Assembly (NCBI GenBank): GCA_002269645.1
Contig: NIVC01000479.1
Location: 1-64,000 of the forward strand
From: Macrostomum lignano
Taxonomy: Eukaryota
Direction of reading: 5' to 3'
Length of the DNA: 64,000 nucleotides
Shown: one piece after another, positions 60,011-64,000 of the stretch
How the letters are laid out: the number at the start of each line of letters is the position of its first letter
Numbering within the stretch: position 1 is the first letter of the stretch
The notes under the pieces: generated by a model
Seen by the model: the letters and a program-made list of their open reading frames with translations, nothing else
Databases searched by the model: none
What the model was told of the DNA's origin: nothing
Translations under genes and position numbers: made by a program

Positions 60011-63000
60011 CTAGCAATCTTCGCCCCCCGATGGGGGACATCTAGATAGAATCTCTGTTCTCTACAAGTATCAATAAGATGGCCAAACAAAGCCTTCACA
60101 TAGTCAATAGAAAAACTGCTCAGATGAAGTGCAATGCGAAAAGAAAACATCCTAAGACAGCAAGCATCCCCCCAGATAGCAAGCACCTCCAGATAGCAAG
60201 CATCCCCCCAGATAGCAGGCACCCCCCAGATAGCAAGCACCCCCAGATAGCAAGCATCCCCCCCAGATAGCAAGCACCCCCCAGATAGCAAGCATCCCTC
60301 AGATAGCAAGCACCCCCCAGATAGCAGGCACCCCCCAGATAGCAAGCATCCCCCAGATAGCAAGCACCCCAGATAGCAAGCACCCCCAGATAGCAAGCAC
60401 CCCAGATAGCAAGCACCCCAGATAGCAAGCACCCCAGATAGCAAGCACCCCAGATAGCAAGCACCACCAGATAGCTAGCACCCCCAGATAGCAGGCACCC
60501 CCAGATAGCAGGCACCCCCAGATAGCAAGCACCTCCAGATAGCAAGCACCCCCAGATAGCAAGCACCACCAGATAGCAAGCACCCCCAGATAGCAGGCGA
60601 CATGGTGGCTTTTTACTGTTAGACATGGTGGCTCTTTAATGTTAGACATGGTGGCTCTTTAATGTCAGACATGGTGGCTCTTCTATGTTTGACATGGTGG
60701 CTCTTCTATGTTTAACAATGTGGCTCTTTAATGTTTTACATGGTGGCTCTTTAATGTTTTACATGGTGGCTCTTTAATGTTTTACATGGTGGTCCTTTAA
60801 TTTTTGACATGGTGGCTCTTTAATGTTCGACATGGTGGCTCTTTAATGTTCTACATGGTGGCCCTTTAATGTTCGACATGGTGGCTCTTTAATGTTCGAT
60901 ATGGTGGCACTTTAATGTTTGACATCATGCCAGATTTATGTTTGACATGGTGGCTCTTTAATGTTCGACATGGTGGTTCTTTAATGTTCGACATGGTGGC
61001 TCTTTAATGTTCTACATGGTGGCCCTTTAATGTTCGACATGGCGGCTCTTTACTGTTAGACATGGTGGCTCTTTATTGTTCGATATGCATGGTATCACTT
61101 TAATGTTTGACATCATGCCAGATTTATGTTTGACATAGTGGCTCTTTAATGTTCGACATGGTGGTTCTTTTAGGTTTGACATGGTGGCTCTTTAATGTTC
61201 GACATGGTGGTTTTTTAATGTTCGACATGGTGGCTCTTTAATGTTCTACATGGTGGCCCTTTAATGTTCGACATGGTGGCTCTTTAATGTTCGATATGGT
61301 GGCACTTTAATGTTTGACATCATGCCAGATTTATGTCTGACATGGTGGCTCTTTAATGTTTGACATGGTGGCTCTTTTCTGTTAGACATGGTGGGTCCTT
61401 TTGGTTTGACATGATGGCATTTTTATGTTTTGACATGGCGGCTCTTTAATGTTTTACATGGTGGCTCTTTAATGTACGACATAATGGCTCTTTTATGTTT
61501 AACAATGTGGCTCTTTAATGTTTTACATGGTGGCTCTTTAATGTTCGACATGGTGGCTCTTTAATGTTCGAAATGGTGGCTCCTTAATGTTTGACATAAA
61601 GTCACATATATGTTTGACATAAAGTCACATATATGTTTGACATAAAGTCACATATATGTTTGACATAAAGTCACATATATGTTTGACATAAAGTCACATA
61701 TATGTTTGACATAAAGTCACATATATGTTCTACATGGTGGCTCTTTTTAACATCTGACATGGTGGCTCTTCTATGTTTAACATGGTGGCTCTTTTATGTT
61801 TGACATGGTGGCTCTTTAATGTTCTTCATGGTGGCTCTTTAATGTTCGACATGGTGGCTCTTTAATGTTCGACATGGTGGCTCTTTAATGTTCTTCATGG
61901 TGGCTCTTTTTTGTTCGACATGGTAACTATTTTATGTTTGATACGCTGGCTTTTTAATGTCTGACATGTTGGCTCTTTTATGTTTGACATGGTGGCTCTT
62001 TAATGTTTCAAATGGTGGCTCTTTAATGTTTGACATGGTGGCTCTTTAATGTTTAGCATGGTGACTTTTAATGTTTGACATGGTGGCTCTTTAATGTTCG
62101 ACATGGTGGCTCTTTAATATTCGACATGGTGGCTCTTTAATGTTCGACATGGTGGCTCTTTAATGTTTGACATGGTAGCTCTGTTATGTCCAAAATGGTG
62201 GCTCTTTAATGTTTGACATAAAGTCACATATATGTTTGACATGGTGGCTCTTAAATGTTTGACATGGTGGCTCTTTATGTTTGACATGTTGGCTCTTTTA
62301 TGTTCGAAATGGTGGCTCTTTTTTGTTCTACATGGTAACTCTTTTATATTTGATACGGTGGCTTTTTTAATGTTTGACATGGTGGCTCTTTAATGATAGA
62401 CATGGTGGCTCTTTTACGTTCGAAATAGTGGCTCTTTTATGTTCGACATGGTGGCTCTTTAATGTACGACATAATGGCTCTTTAATGTTTGACAATGTGG
62501 CTTTTGAATGTTTGACATGGTGGCTCTTTAATGTTTGACATGGTAGCTCTGTTATGTTCGACATGGTGGCTCTTTAATGTACGACATAATGGCTCTTTAA
62601 TGTTTGACAATGTGGCTTTTGAATGTTTGACATGGTGGCTCTTTAATGTTTGACATGGTAGCTCTGTTATGTTCGACATGGTGGCTCTTCTAGGTTTGAC
62701 ATGGTGGCTCTTTTATGCTTGATATGGTGGCTCTTTAATGTTTAGCATGGTGACTTTTAATGTTTGACATGGTGGCTCTTTAATGTTCGACATGGTGGCT
62801 CTTTAATATTCGACATGGTGGCTCTTTAATGTTCGACATGGTGGCTCTTTAATGTTTGACATGGTAGCTCTGTTATGTCCAAAATGGTGGCTCTTTAATG
62901 TTTGACATAAAGTCACATATATGTTTGACATGGTGGCTCTTAAATGTTTGACATGGTGGCTCTTTTATGCTTGATATGGTGGCTCTTTAATGTTTAGCAT

Positions 63001-64000
63001 GGTGACTTTTAATGTTTGACATGGTGGCTCTTTAATGTTCGACATGGTGGCTCTTTAATATTCGACATGGTGGCTCTTTAATGTTCGACATGGTAGCTCT
63101 TTAATGTTTGACATGGTAGCTCTGTTATGTCCAAAATGGTGGCTCTTTAATGTTTGACATAAAGTCACATATATGTTTGACATGGTGGCTATTGTTTGAC
63201 ATGGTGGCTCTTTAATTTTCGAAATAGTGGCTCTTCAATGTTTGAAATGGTGGCTCTTTGATGTTCTTCATGATATAGCTCTTTTATGTTACACATGGTG
63301 GCACTTTAATGTTCGACATGGTGGTTCTTTAATGTTTGACATAAAGTCACATATATGTTTGACATGGTGGCTCTTAAATGTTTGACATGGTGGCTCTTTA
63401 ATGTTCGAAATGGTGGCTCTTTTGTTTTACATGGTGGCTCTTAAATGTTTGACATGGTGGCTCTTAAATGTTTGACATGGTGACTCTTTAATGTTTCAAA
63501 TGGTGGCTCTTTAATGTTTTACATGGTAGCTCTTTAATATTCTACATTGTGGCTCATTTATGTTTGACATGGTGGCTCTTTAATGTTCAAAAAAGTGGCT
63601 CCTAAATGTTTGACATAGTGGCTCTTTGATGTTCGAAATAGTGGCTCTTTTATGGTCGACATGGTGGCTCTTTAATGTTCGAAATAGTGGCTCTTTAATG
63701 TTCGAAATAGTGGCTCTTTTATTTTTGACATGGTGGCTCTTTTAGGTTTGACATGGTGGCTCTTTTATGCTTGATATGGTGGCTCTTTAATGTTTAGCAT
63801 GGTGACTTTTAATGTTTGACATGGTGGCTCTTTAATGTTCGACATGGTGGCTCTTTAATATTCGACATGGTGGCTCTTTAATGTTCGACATGGTGGCTCT
63901 TTAATGTTTGACATGGTAGCTCTGTTATGTCCAAAATGGTGGCTCTTTAATGTTTGACATAAAGTCACATATATGTTTGACATGGTGGCTCTTAAATGTT
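60011..64000 (-). mobile_element. Non-autonomous Helitron, copy 3 (truncated by the window edge), fused to copy 2
   Basis: 3' CTAG at 60011-60014 abuts the copy 2 5' TC; 18-bp array 60155-60598, 23-bp array (TGTTTGACATGGTGGCTCTTTAA) from 60598 to the window end. Confidence 0.88.

Overview
Eukaryotic, intron-containing, repeat-rich animal genomic DNA, not prokaryotic. GC-rich exons, a minisatellite in almost every intron, and splice acceptors just before the start codons suggest a free-living flatworm such as Macrostomum; this is inference only. Host genes supported from sequence: MFSD1 (first two coding exons, minus, runs off the left edge), FAM221B-like (3 exons, minus), ANKEF1 (8 exons, plus, 3' end unresolved, two 1-nt frameshifts that look like sequencing errors), GNPDA (2 exons, minus), SNRPE (intronless, minus) and BTF3 (2 coding exons, plus). 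Degenerate genes: a C-type lectin + PAN/apple gene and an RPA70-like three-OB-fold gene. Mobile DNA: a 5'-truncated non-LTR retrotransposon, a near-intact DD37D (maT) Tc1/mariner element, a decayed mariner split by a TAGGG-ended insertion, several MITE/foldback elements with recognisable TSDs, and three copies of a non-autonomous Helitron carrying 18-bp and 23-bp satellite arrays. Two of the Helitron copies are fused head-to-tail with no spacer. Strongest leads: the satellite-carrying Helitron tandem, inverted minisatellite arrays bracketing GNPDA exon 1, an orphan cluster of three perfect heat-shock elements, and the RPA70-like relic. Protein identities rest on family motifs recalled from memory; no searches were run.
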